55,658 nucleotides of DNA from a virus (IMGVR_UViG_3300009304_000001:1-55658), one strand, 5' to 3'. Shown: positions 1 through 10,343, counted from the stretch's first letter. Numbers and translations: made by a program. Notes: a model not told the origin generated them from the letters alone.

Positions 1-326
1 CAAAAGCCTTGCAAGAATATACAACCGAAGTCGAAGAGGGACTTGAAGAAGCTAAAGAGAAAGCCGCTAAAAATGGAGCTAAAGCTTTAAAGGCTACGAG
101 TCCTGTTGGACGTACCGGGAAGTATGCGAAGGGATGGCGAGCCAAAAAGGACGGGAAATCATGGGTAATCCACAATCCGACAAGATACCAGATAGCTCAC
201 CTACTTGAAAAAGGACACGCCAAAAAAGGTGGTGGACGGGTCAGCGCCATTGTCCACATAGCCCCTGTGGAGGAATCTACAATCAAAGAGTACGAGAAAG
301 AAGTCGAGAGGGTGATAAAAGGGTGA
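1..326 (+). CDS. HK97 gp10-like tail-completion protein (5' end cut by window)
   Basis: SPVGRTGKYAKGW and HLLEKGH motifs; paralog at 43159-43512. Confidence 0.85.
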   Translation, partial: KALQEYTTEVEEGLEEAKEKAAKNGAKALKATSPVGRTGKYAKGWRAKKDGKSWVIHNPTRYQIAHLLEKGHAKKGGGRVSAIVHIAPVEESTIKEYEKEVERVIKG

Positions 327-637
327 ATCTAGTTGAATTGAAAAGACTACTTGACGCTACAGGATTCCCTGTGGCTTATTCGCATTTTAACGAACAGAAA
401 GCCACACCTTTTATCACCTATCTTGTGACTTATTCATCGAATTTTCACGCAGACAACAAGGTTCATAAGAAAATTCATAATGCGGATATAGAACTTTATA
501 CGAATAAAAAAGACCTATCGGCAGAATCGATTCTTGAAAACATTCTTGATGAAAATTCAATTCCGTACGATACAATCGAAACATTTATCGAATCAGAAAA
601 GCTATTCCAAAAAATATATGAAATGAGGATGATTTAA
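323..637 (+). CDS. Putative tail terminator protein
   Basis: Position between gp10-like gene and major tail gene; PFITY motif. Confidence 0.7.
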   Translation: MNLVELKRLLDATGFPVAYSHFNEQKATPFITYLVTYSSNFHADNKVHKKIHNADIELYTNKKDLSAESILENILDENSIPYDTIETFIESEKLFQKIYEMRMI

Positions 638-638
638 T

Positions 639-1256
639 ATGAATGAAAACAAAAATAAGTTATTGAAATTGGATTTACAACATTTCGGAAACAAGGTCAC
701 GTTTGGTTTACAAGATGTACATTATGCAACGTTTGAAGAGGTAGAAGGAGTGGTTACTTTTGACGCTCCATTACCAATTCCGGGTGGTGTGGAGTTAACA
801 ACGGATCCTCGTGGGGATATGGTTGAATTTTATGCAGACAACATGATCTACTATGCTGCATCAAACAACCAAGGATATGACGGCACGCTGACTATCGCTA
901 ACATTCCCGATCAATATTTGGTTGATGCACTTGGTGAAGAACTAGATGAAGAAGATGGAGTGTTAAACGAAATTGCCAACGCTACAGGAAAACCATTTGC
1001 GCTGTTATTTCAGTTCGAAGGCGATGTAAAGGCTGTGCGACATGTGATGTATAACTGTACCGCGAACCGTCCGACGATTGCGTCTTCCACTAAGACGAAC
1101 GCTACTGAACCAAACACGAACGCACTTACATTTGTATCGAGTCCTATTAAATTAGGCGGGAAACTAATGGTTAAGACAAAAACAACAGTGGCCACAAAAG
1201 AAGAAATTTACAGCGGATGGTATACAGAAGTTTATGAAAAGGTTCCAGGACTGTAA
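639..1256 (+). CDS. Major tail (tube) protein, phi13 family
   Basis: NKVTFGLQDVHYA, FYADN, GYDGTL and FALLFQFEGD motifs. Confidence 0.9.
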   Translation: MNENKNKLLKLDLQHFGNKVTFGLQDVHYATFEEVEGVVTFDAPLPIPGGVELTTDPRGDMVEFYADNMIYYAASNNQGYDGTLTIANIPDQYLVDALGEELDEEDGVLNEIANATGKPFALLFQFEGDVKAVRHVMYNCTANRPTIASSTKTNATEPNTNALTFVSSPIKLGGKLMVKTKTTVATKEEIYSGWYTEVYEKVPGL

Positions 1257-1274
1257 AGCTGAGGGGGAATTAAA

Positions 1275-1652
1275 GTGGAATCAATCATTAAATTAGGTGA
1301 AGAAGAAGTGCGCTTAAAGGCGAACGCGATTACTGCTATGCATTATAAAAATCAATTCAAGTCTGATATTTTAAAAGATACTTTATCTGCCATCGGTGGT
1401 ATAGAAGCGGTTATGCAGTTAAAAGATCTTGAAGATGCGACTGATTATCAAAAGTTGCAAACGATGATAAATAACATCGATACCGTATTGATTTATCAAC
1501 TTGTTTGGAGTTTTGCGAAAACCTCTGATAGAAATTTCATACCGTTTTATAAATGGATTGAAAATGCGTATCTGCCACCAGTTACAGAATTATTGTTAGA
1601 AGAAAACTTTGTGGAATTACTGATTGGGAACGTATATAGAAAAAAGCGGTAA
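1275..1652 (+). CDS. Tail assembly chaperone (G)
   Basis: Lies between MTP and TMP; ends in slippery A AAA AAG. Confidence 0.8.
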   Translation: MESIIKLGEEEVRLKANAITAMHYKNQFKSDILKDTLSAIGGIEAVMQLKDLEDATDYQKLQTMINNIDTVLIYQLVWSFAKTSDRNFIPFYKWIENAYLPPVTELLLEENFVELLIGNVYRKKR

Positions 1653-1867
1653 AGGCTACTGTTGAGAGCGCATCTGATGATGATGACGTGCTCTCAACAG
1701 AGTCTTTTTTTATGACTTGTAAACTTGTAAATCTAACACTTGATGATATGGAGTATATGACAATTGGCGAGTGCTTAGATTATGCCGAAAACTATATTTC
1801 ATTGAAGAGTGGAAAAACAGAATATAAAGCGCGTTCCGCTAAACAGGAAGACTTTAACACCTTTTAA
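1640..1867 (+). CDS. -1 frameshift extension of tail chaperone (GT)
   Basis: AAAAAAG at 1640-1646; -1 frame open to TAA at 1865-1867; conserved in copy B. Confidence 0.8.
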   Translation, partial: KKAVKATVESASDDDDVLSTESFFMTCKLVNLTLDDMEYMTIGECLDYAENYISLKSGKTEYKARSAKQEDFNTF

Positions 1868-1883
1868 ATTGGAGGCGAGGTGA

Positions 1884-4800
1884 TTGTCCAAAAGAATAAA
1901 AGGAATAACAATTGAGTTAGATGGCGATACGAAAGGTCTCGACAAAGCCCTAAAGGATGTAAATAAAGAATCAAGGGATCTGCAAAAAGAATTACGTGAC
2001 GTAGATAAACTACTAAAGTTTAATCCTAAAAATGTTGAATTATTAGCGCAAAAGAAAAAGCTATTAGCTGATCAAGTTGAAAATACAAAAAAGAAGCTAG
2101 ACCAATTAAAGCAGTCGCAAGAACAAGTCACGCAAGCTTTTAAAAATGGAGAAATAAGCGAAGAACAATATCGAGCATTTCAACGTGAAATCGCTGAAAC
2201 AGAATCTAAGTTAAAGCACTATGAAGGTCAGTTAAAAAGCGTAGATACTACCCAAAAGTCATTTGGCGAAAAGATGGCCGCATCAGGAAAATCTGTAAAA
2301 GAATTTGGTCAGAAAATGACGTCGGTCGGAAAAGAACTTTCGATGAAAGTCACTGCACCATTGGCGGCTATCGGTGGAGTAGCGGCTAAAATCGGCATGG
2401 ACTTTAAGGCGGGATTATCAGAAGTACAGGCGATTAGCGGTGCAACAGCGGAAGAGATTGGACAACTAGAAACGAAGTCAAGAGATTTAGGGTCAACCAC
2501 TAAATTTAGTGCCAAGCAAGTTACTGAAGGATTCAAGTATATGGCTTTAGCGGGTTGGGATGTCCAGCAATCTATGGATGGTATTGATGGCGTGCTCAAT
2601 CTTGCAGCTGCATCTGGTGAGGATTTGGCTGTAGTATCCGACATTTTAACTGATGCTATATCTGCATTTGGAGACGAGGCAGGAGATGCCGGGAGATATG
2701 CGGACGTTATGGCTGCAGCTGCATCAAATGCTAACACTGATGTCGCCGGACTCGGTCAAGCGTTTAAGATGGTTGGACCCGTTGCTGGTGCATTAGGTTA
2801 TAGCTTGGAAGATACATCAGTCGCGTTAGGTTTAATGGCGAATGCTGGTGTCAAAGGATCAAGCGCAGGTACCGCTTTACGTAGTGCGTTAACTAACTTA
2901 GTTAAACCGACAGCGGCAATGGAAAAAGAAATGAAGAACTTGGGTATAAACATCAAGGACTCTAACGGGGAAATGAAACCATTAGACGTGTTGCTTGGTG
3001 ATTTAAGAGGTTCTTTTGGAAAGTTGACTGATGATCAAAAAGCTTCATCAGCAGCAACGATATTCGGTAAGGAAGCAATGGCCGGTATGCTCGCAGTTAT
3101 TAATACTGGTGATGCTGATTTCAATAAGTTGTCAAAAGCTATTGAAAATAGTGATGGGGTCGCACAAGAGATGGCTGACACCATGCAGAATAATTTACAA
3201 GGAAAATTAACTAACCTTAAATCAGCATTAGAAGAGTTGGCCATTAAAATATTTGATGCGTTAGAACCTGCATTAGCTTGGCTTGTTGGTGCTTTCCAAT
3301 CCCTTGTGAATTGGCTTAACGGGTTGGATAAATCTACACAAACGGCAGTGGTGGCAATAGCCGCATTAGCTGCTGGAATAGGACCTCTCGCCGTGGTGCT
3401 AGGTACGATACTTACTATGGTTGGGGGATTTATGACTGTACTACCAACACTAATACCTCTGATCGTCGGATTGGCCGGACCCATAGCTATTGTTGTTGGA
3501 AGTTTGGTTGCGCTCGGAGTTGCGTTTGCGTTATTTAAAACAGATGCAGACGAAGCCTATAAATCGCAATTAGATTTAGCAGAGGGGAATTTAGAGTTAT
3601 CCGAATCGTACAAAGGTGTGCTGGAAGAACAATTGGAACAAATCGACAAAACGTCTGATTTAATCGAGAAAACCCAAGAGCAAATGGAGGCAACTGACAA
3701 ACTAGTAAATTCTTTCGAAGGTTTAATTGAGAAGTCCAAACTAACAACAGATGAATTCGGTGAATTTTTAACAGCGCAATCTGAATTGGAGAATACCAAA
3801 TCACCACAACGAATTGCAGAACTTGAAGAACGAATGGAAGGTCTTCGTAAAAAGTCAGGTTTATCTAAGGAGGAATTTGACAAGCTCCTGGTATCAAATA
3901 ACTTGCTGACAGAACAATTTCCAGAAGCTGGAACAGTCGTTGACGATTATGGAAATAAAATAGCGGATACAACTGGTAAATTACGTGAGATGACAAATGC
4001 GGAGCTTGAACGTATGGAACTCCAAGTTTACAATCAAATGGTTGAAGATTTACAGTCCGTTAATGGCGAGATAGATAACTATCAAAACTTACTTGGCGAG
4101 GTTGTTACGCTCGAAGATAGTATTCTTGCTAAGAAAAAAGAAATAGCTGGAATACAAGAGCAGGTTACCGCAAACGAACAAACCCAAAACGAAAACAACA
4201 CAAAGCTTTTAGAACTAAAAGAACTACAAAAAGATGCAGGCTTGAAAGAATGGTACAACTTAGAAAATCAAAAAGATCAGTTGAAGCTACAAAATTTTGA
4301 ATTAGATGGTAAGAATAAAAAGAACAGCAAAAACTTAGAAACCCTAGAATCTGCACTTTCCACAGAAGAGAAGGATCTAAAGGTGAAGCAGGAAAGTCGA
4401 GACATGATTGGCCAACAAATAGATAAAAATATGCAGAACCATGATGCATATACAAATATCCTTGGAACCCAATTCGATATAAATATCGAAAAAGGGAAAG
4501 AGAACCAGTCGATTGATAAAGCTATTGCTAAACGCAAAGAAGAAATCAAGCAATTACAAGATAAAATCGATAAAGAAGGTGACTCCAACGGAAAACTTAA
4601 AGAGGCGATTGGACACCTTACAACAGAAAATAGTCAACTAGAAGAAGCTAAAGGTAAGCTAGGAAATATTAACGGTACGCTCGACACACAAGTATCAAAA
4701 TATGACACAGCAAATAACAAGCTAGCAAAAGTAAATGCGAAGTTTACAGAAGCTGGTGGATTGACTGATGGCAACATCAAGAAAGCGGATGTTTGGAACG

Positions 4801-5393
4801 GGAAGTTAGATAAGAGTCACACAAAAGATGTCACTGTTAAAACCAACAAAGATCCCGACGAAGAAAATAAAAAGTGGAGTAGCCCAATAACTAAGATTAT
4901 TAGTTTCTTCACAAAAGGAAAGAAGCCGGATGCTTATGCGGAAGGAACAAATTATCACGGTGGCGGTCCCGCATTCGTTGGAGAAGAGGGTCCGGAGTTA
5001 GTGAAAATGGGTGGTAAAACACAGCTGATGAACTTTGGTTTGTATGATTTACCCGTAGGTGCAAAAGTATTTACTCATGAAGAATCTATGGGTATGCTAC
5101 GAAACGGATTAGTTGATGGCATTAGTCGTGGAGTTAACTTACAACGTAACTCGTCACAAGTTACAAAGGAAGATAGTAGAGGAAGTGCATCAGTATCAAA
5201 CCAAAATTCAAATATTGTTGGTGTTTTAACAGAACAAAATCGATTGCTGACCGAATTGGTATTATCTAACCGCAATATTGAAGCTAAGCCAGTTTTGTCA
5301 GAAGGAGACATCAGACGGTCCTACGATAAAATGGATGCTAAACAATCTAGTAAACATGAAGTATTCACGGGAAGACCAGGAGGGGCTACTTAA
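1884..5393 (+). CDS. Tape measure protein (TP901-type core)
   Basis: IKGITIELDGDT N-terminus, TP901-like core, hydrophobic segment, coiled coils, AYAEGT...VGEEGPELV. Confidence 0.95.
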   Translation: MSKRIKGITIELDGDTKGLDKALKDVNKESRDLQKELRDVDKLLKFNPKNVELLAQKKKLLADQVENTKKKLDQLKQSQEQVTQAFKNGEISEEQYRAFQREIAETESKLKHYEGQLKSVDTTQKSFGEKMAASGKSVKEFGQKMTSVGKELSMKVTAPLAAIGGVAAKIGMDFKAGLSEVQAISGATAEEIGQLETKSRDLGSTTKFSAKQVTEGFKYMALAGWDVQQSMDGIDGVLNLAAASGEDLAVVSDILTDAISAFGDEAGDAGRYADVMAAAASNANTDVAGLGQAFKMVGPVAGALGYSLEDTSVALGLMANAGVKGSSAGTALRSALTNLVKPTAAMEKEMKNLGINIKDSNGEMKPLDVLLGDLRGSFGKLTDDQKASSAATIFGKEAMAGMLAVINTGDADFNKLSKAIENSDGVAQEMADTMQNNLQGKLTNLKSALEELAIKIFDALEPALAWLVGAFQSLVNWLNGLDKSTQTAVVAIAALAAGIGPLAVVLGTILTMVGGFMTVLPTLIPLIVGLAGPIAIVVGSLVALGVAFALFKTDADEAYKSQLDLAEGNLELSESYKGVLEEQLEQIDKTSDLIEKTQEQMEATDKLVNSFEGLIEKSKLTTDEFGEFLTAQSELENTKSPQRIAELEERMEGLRKKSGLSKEEFDKLLVSNNLLTEQFPEAGTVVDDYGNKIADTTGKLREMTNAELERMELQVYNQMVEDLQSVNGEIDNYQNLLGEVVTLEDSILAKKKEIAGIQEQVTANEQTQNENNTKLLELKELQKDAGLKEWYNLENQKDQLKLQNFELDGKNKKNSKNLETLESALSTEEKDLKVKQESRDMIGQQIDKNMQNHDAYTNILGTQFDINIEKGKENQSIDKAIAKRKEEIKQLQDKIDKEGDSNGKLKEAIGHLTTENSQLEEAKGKLGNINGTLDTQVSKYDTANNKLAKVNAKFTEAGGLTDGNIKKADVWNGKLDKSHTKDVTVKTNKDPDEENKKWSSPITKIISFFTKGKKPDAYAEGTNYHGGGPAFVGEEGPELVKMGGKTQLMNFGLYDLPVGAKVFTHEESMGMLRNGLVDGISRGVNLQRNSSQVTKEDSRGSASVSNQNSNIVGVLTEQNRLLTELVLSNRNIEAKPVLSEGDIRRSYDKMDAKQSSKHEVFTGRPGGAT

Positions 5394-6277
5394 TGAATGA
5401 TTACTTTAAAATATACGACATTAACTTTAATCTAGTTCCTCTGCCTGTAGATGATTTAGGATACGGTCTGGTTGGACTGGACCTATTTGTATCTTCAATC
5501 GGTCAAGAAATCACCGAACATAGTATACCAGGACTACCCGGAAACATTATTACAGGCGTTCGGGATGATGAACGGGATATAAGTATTAGCGCCATGATAC
5601 AAGCTATGAACCCCACAGACTATCGGTTGAAACGTGACCGGGTATTTTCTTTTTTTAGATCCTTGGGCTCTTTTTACGTTACGGAATCGCAACAAGGAAA
5701 TAAATTAATGAAAGTTAGGGTTATCGATAAATACAGAGCCGACCGACCATTGGGTTTTGGTACAGTCGCGGAAGTTGATATCCCATTAAAAATAGACGGT
5801 CAGCCTTACTGGGTGAGCCGTTTTAAAACATTGGATTTACACAACAACAATGGCATACCCGCAAACGGAAATTGGTCTTTCGGCATGGGAATCGAAGTAT
5901 CCCCCGATGAATTAATTTACGAATATGAAAATGTAAGTGAGTTCAATATTTTTAATGCAGGTATTCTTTTAAAGACAATACAAGAAAAGGACAATTGCCA
6001 AATAAAGATTAAAATAAAACAAAGCGTTACTAGTTTTATGCTATACGATGCCACAGGCTCTAAGTGGGAATATAATGCGGTAAAAGAAAGTGGCTGGGCT
6101 TTAAAGACTGGCGACGTAATAATATTTAATGGCCACGATATCCGGTTAAATAAAACTACGATAATGGAGAGAACAAATCGTTACTATCCTCTCATAAAAG
6201 AAGGCAGCAATAATTTTGAAATCGAGGGACTAACTCAATTTAAAGTAATTTTTGATTTCAGATTTAAGTATTACTAA
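5393..6277 (+). CDS. Distal tail protein (Dit), type A
   Basis: Directly after TMP; C-terminal LIKEGSNNFEI...FDFRFKYY typical of Dit. Confidence 0.75.
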   Translation: MNDYFKIYDINFNLVPLPVDDLGYGLVGLDLFVSSIGQEITEHSIPGLPGNIITGVRDDERDISISAMIQAMNPTDYRLKRDRVFSFFRSLGSFYVTESQQGNKLMKVRVIDKYRADRPLGFGTVAEVDIPLKIDGQPYWVSRFKTLDLHNNNGIPANGNWSFGMGIEVSPDELIYEYENVSEFNIFNAGILLKTIQEKDNCQIKIKIKQSVTSFMLYDATGSKWEYNAVKESGWALKTGDVIIFNGHDIRLNKTTIMERTNRYYPLIKEGSNNFEIEGLTQFKVIFDFRFKYY

Positions 6278-6290
6278 AGGGAGCGATGAT

Positions 6291-8858
6291 GTGAAGAGGC
6301 ATTTAATAGAAGGACCTGTAAATGATGAGATGTTGAACAAGCAAAATAGTAATTTCAAGGTGTTGTTTGATGAAGGGATTAGATCAGGATTAGATTCTAA
6401 AGATGCAAGAGAGAAAGCATTGCAGGCCCTTGTAGAATCAACGCTTGCAAAAGAAAACGCATTAGTAGCCAAGGGATTGGTTCAACAAATTATAGACGGG
6501 TCAATTGACACTAGCGCATTGAACACGAATATAGAACAAAGAATGAACGATTTAGAGGGGGAATATGCGCCGAAGTTAACGGAAGTTACTCAACGGTTGG
6601 AGGAAACTGCGAAAAAACTATTTTATTTTGAAGCACCAAAACAGCCAAGTTTTAACGCATTGGATGAAGGGCATATTTGGGACGGTATAAACAGAACGCA
6701 AGACGATTTCAGAAAAGAAATGATTGATCCTTTAGTTGCGACAGCGCCAGATTATGTTACGAAAACATTATTGGGTAAGGATACAAGCGGAACTTATGAT
6801 ATACACGAATATATTTTCGAGCCAGAAGAATATGAGCAGACTATCCTTCTAACAAGTGGGGTGCATGGCAGGGAAACCGTCCCAGTTTATTCTATATATC
6901 GTCTTATGCACTACCTAATCAATGAACCAGAAGTACACCCAGACATTCAGTATCTTAGAGAAAAGGTAAGGATATGTATTATTCCTGTTGTGAATCCGTG
7001 GGGTGGTTCTAATATAGTACCAGGAACAATATACAAAGTTTATGGAAACGTAAACGGTTCTAGTATAACAAGAAATGTACCGTTTGAGTGGGAACTTGCA
7101 GGAACGGCGAGGGGTACAGTTCCTTTTTCGGAAAATGAAGCTAAAATCATGTGGGATTGGATAACTAAATACAAGAATGTAGCTAGTTTTTATATGGATT
7201 TTCACACGAATTGGAGTTATTACGGCAGTCTGCCAGAGAAAGATGTGTGGGTTAACTTAACATGGCAAGACGAGTATGCAGCACCGGTCATTAAGCAAGT
7301 TAATTCCTATCTAAATAGCCGAGTTACAGAAAAGTACGGTAGAAGTTCCGTAGATGATACAGGAGTTACTACGGGAGTGGGTATGCGGTATTATGCCCAA
7401 TTTGGATGCAACATACCCGCCGCAACGATGGAGTATTGCGAAACCCGATTCGGGGGCAGGTTTGGCGGTTCGGTTGATATAACCGAACACCTAACACAAG
7501 CAGTTAACTTTATTTCATCGTTGTCCAAAGCGAATTTGTTAGAGTTAAGGAAGGAACGGGACAGTAATTTCAAGGCATTAAAATACATTAGTACTGAGAT
7601 CATGAACTTCCATTCCTTGAATGAGGATATAAACGCAGCTGATTTTAGCGATGAAGTACATGAAAAATACGATAGGTATGTAAGCACTCCTCCTAAAGGT
7701 ATTGAGGTCACGGAAAGTGTTTTGAGCAAAGATACATCCAACACATATGATATAAAATCATATACGTTCATGCCAGAAAGATATGAGAAGACACTGTTTT
7801 TGTATGCAGGACTATATAGTAGGTATGGTTTTAAAGAGGTCTTTGTTTTACAAAATTTGATTAAATACATTTACACATCAAAAGATTACGTCGCAGAACA
7901 GTTGAGGAATTATTATAGAATTATTGTGATTCCCGTAGTGGACGTAAGTAGGTTCAACAAGAGTATATCCAGCTATGATAATAACGGGATTCCAGATAGG
8001 GATGTTATTGCTTCGGATATAAGGATATTGACGAACGACTTTGATGCATTCACATTAAGCGAATCACGTGCGATAAAGAAGATAGTTGAAGCCAACGTGA
8101 TAGATACAAGTATTGATATAGGTTCACATTTTGGTTTAGCTGCTGCTTATGCGATAGATGAGTTAAATAACATTTATACCACTTTGTATAATGCTTCTAA
8201 GTATGCAGAAAAAATATTCAACCCTAGTGTTACAATTGGGGAATTCGGACTGATTTCAGACTTCACAGGTTACACCTCAAATATTCATTTGAAATACATG
8301 AGCAAGCACGTTATAGAGCCCGTATCTTTCCGAGTAGGAAGAGTACCTTTTGATAGGGGTACGCCGATATATAACGAAAACTTGGTTGAAATGCGAAGGT
8401 TTGCAGAGATTTTAATTAACTCATTATACCAGTACATGACCACTAATTTCAAAAAGACTTACAGTATCGAACCCGTAAACTTGGCAAAGCCTTTTTATAA
8501 CGATGATTGGGACTTGCATGCAAACGCCATTCTTTTAGAAGACAAGGAAACCCTAAAATTCACGCCTACTGCGTCATACCAAGAAAACGATCTGATCATC
8601 GACGTGGAAGAAGGCATGGAGTATTATGCTAGTTTTGACAAGATCATCCCTAACTCACCACAAGTTGCGTTGTTTGCTTTCAGGGTAACAGCGGATGGGA
8701 TTGTGGGTTCAAGCGTTGGGAATACAACAGGTAAAGAAATGATGTTTACTATACCAATCGGATACCCAAAAATAAAGTTGTCAGTTAGAAGTGTAGCTGC
8801 ACCATACGGAGAATCGTTCATTATAAAGGACATTAAATTATATAAAGTTAATAAGTAA
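6291..8858 (+). CDS. Putative virion adsorption protein with M14 zinc-carboxypeptidase-like domain plus a degenerate second copy
   Basis: N-terminal coiled coil; TSGVHGRE (HxxE), IIPVVNPWG, SENEAK, MDFHT, ATMEY; second domain lacks HxxE; GTG start after AAGGGAG. Confidence 0.7.
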   Translation: MKRHLIEGPVNDEMLNKQNSNFKVLFDEGIRSGLDSKDAREKALQALVESTLAKENALVAKGLVQQIIDGSIDTSALNTNIEQRMNDLEGEYAPKLTEVTQRLEETAKKLFYFEAPKQPSFNALDEGHIWDGINRTQDDFRKEMIDPLVATAPDYVTKTLLGKDTSGTYDIHEYIFEPEEYEQTILLTSGVHGRETVPVYSIYRLMHYLINEPEVHPDIQYLREKVRICIIPVVNPWGGSNIVPGTIYKVYGNVNGSSITRNVPFEWELAGTARGTVPFSENEAKIMWDWITKYKNVASFYMDFHTNWSYYGSLPEKDVWVNLTWQDEYAAPVIKQVNSYLNSRVTEKYGRSSVDDTGVTTGVGMRYYAQFGCNIPAATMEYCETRFGGRFGGSVDITEHLTQAVNFISSLSKANLLELRKERDSNFKALKYISTEIMNFHSLNEDINAADFSDEVHEKYDRYVSTPPKGIEVTESVLSKDTSNTYDIKSYTFMPERYEKTLFLYAGLYSRYGFKEVFVLQNLIKYIYTSKDYVAEQLRNYYRIIVIPVVDVSRFNKSISSYDNNGIPDRDVIASDIRILTNDFDAFTLSESRAIKKIVEANVIDTSIDIGSHFGLAAAYAIDELNNIYTTLYNASKYAEKIFNPSVTIGEFGLISDFTGYTSNIHLKYMSKHVIEPVSFRVGRVPFDRGTPIYNENLVEMRRFAEILINSLYQYMTTNFKKTYSIEPVNLAKPFYNDDWDLHANAILLEDKETLKFTPTASYQENDLIIDVEEGMEYYASFDKIIPNSPQVALFAFRVTADGIVGSSVGNTTGKEMMFTIPIGYPKIKLSVRSVAAPYGESFIIKDIKLYKVNK

Positions 8859-9281
8859 TCGGCATAGAAACCGTCCCATTATATTCTCTGTACATGTAGC
8901 TAATTTTAATAAGGATATTGATAACTACGATAAAATTGTAATATCGAATTGTAACATTCCAAGAAAGACGTGCAGTTAAAAATCATACTATTACTTTTAA
9001 AAAGGCTCTTATTAGAAATGAAAGCGTTGGTTTACATGGATGGAAAACAGACTAGATTGATGAAAAAATTGGTGGGTAACCTTTCGTGTTATAATAACTT
9101 CAGATACTATAGTGAAAATACAAGTGTCATTAGAAGTTTTGGGAAACCCTTTGAGAGAGTTCTGGTGAAAGCTTGCAAATAAATTAATTGTTGTCATAAT
9201 ATGGTTGGACGATGAGTTTACTGTAGACTTATAGAAACGACACGATTATTGTTTAGCTTTCACGAAGGGAAAATTAAAATA

Positions 9282-10343
9282 ATGAAAAACTTAATTAAAA
9301 AGCCTTATATTTTCTGGAGAGACAACAAAGCACCACTTCACCATTTTAGAGAAAAAGAAAAAAAGTCGGAAATTAAAATACCATTTGTAATAAAAACCAA
9401 AATGCTAAGAAAGGGCTTTCTTAGCGAATCATTTATCATTTATGACTTGATTAAAAACAATTCAAATGATTATTTACCAGATTTTCATCGATTAAAAACT
9501 TTATCGATAAACAAATCTTATTCATTAATTTTAGATGACAAATTAATTTTCGAATCAACATTTAAACATATATTAAGAATACCTGAAAGTTATTGTGTTA
9601 TAAAAAATGGGCAGTTTATGCCTGTTGGCAATAATAGTATTGTTGATACGAAATCTTTAATTGAATTCTTAAAGAATAAATCCGCCCTGGTACTCAAACC
9701 TGTAGATGGAGGTGGTGGTGTAGGGATTTACATTCTTAGATATTCTGAAAAAGGAATTACTATTAACGGAAAGCTCACTTCTCCTGGTGAAATAAACAAC
9801 CTCATATCGAAATGTAAGTATTTTTACATTAGTGAATTTATTGTACAAGGAGATTATGGTAACAATCTTTATCCTAATTCAATAAATACCTTAAGAGTAA
9901 TAACGATGAAAGATCCAGTAACGAATAAGGTATTCATCCCGATTGCAGTTCAAAGGATGGGAAACAAAACTTCTGAACCTGCAGATAATTGGACACAAGG
10001 CGGCTTAAGTGCTGAAGTTGATATGGAAACAGGTGTACTTAGTCAGGGAATATCCTATCCAGTAGACGGTAAATTAGAATGGCATTCTCATCATCCCTCT
10101 GGCAATCCCATTGAAGGATTGAAGGTGCCTCATTGGGAAGAAATTAAAAATAAGCTTATCTACGCTGCTGAATCTATTCATAATCTTAAATATGTGGGAT
10201 GGGATGTTGTTATCACTAGCGATGGGTTTATGGTTTTAGAGGGAAATAATTATTCAGATGTGAATTTGGTTCAAGTTCATCGTCCTCTATTAAAAGATGA
10301 TAGAACAAGACAGTTTTACAAACATTACAAAATTATTAAATAA
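9282..10343 (+). CDS. ATP-grasp ligase, sugar-transfer-associated / alpha-L-glutamate-ligase-like
   Basis: VLKPVDGGGGVGI, ISEFIVQ, SINTLRVIT, DNWTQGG, YVGWDVVIT, VLEGN; AT-rich. Confidence 0.8.
   Translation: MKNLIKKPYIFWRDNKAPLHHFREKEKKSEIKIPFVIKTKMLRKGFLSESFIIYDLIKNNSNDYLPDFHRLKTLSINKSYSLILDDKLIFESTFKHILRIPESYCVIKNGQFMPVGNNSIVDTKSLIEFLKNKSALVLKPVDGGGGVGIYILRYSEKGITINGKLTSPGEINNLISKCKYFYISEFIVQGDYGNNLYPNSINTLRVITMKDPVTNKVFIPIAVQRMGNKTSEPADNWTQGGLSAEVDMETGVLSQGISYPVDGKLEWHSHHPSGNPIEGLKVPHWEEIKNKLIYAAESIHNLKYVGWDVVITSDGFMVLEGNNYSDVNLVQVHRPLLKDDRTRQFYKHYKIIK

Noticed and set aside
2309-5311. Multiple minus-strand ORFs within TMP (also within TMP-B, terL, portal and capsid)
   Set aside because: Antisense shadows of long genuine genes
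8860-9280. 70-aa and 61-aa ORFs in the gap before the ATP-grasp gene
   Set aside because: No RBS; AT-rich; possibly a decayed gene remnant or promoter region but unassignable
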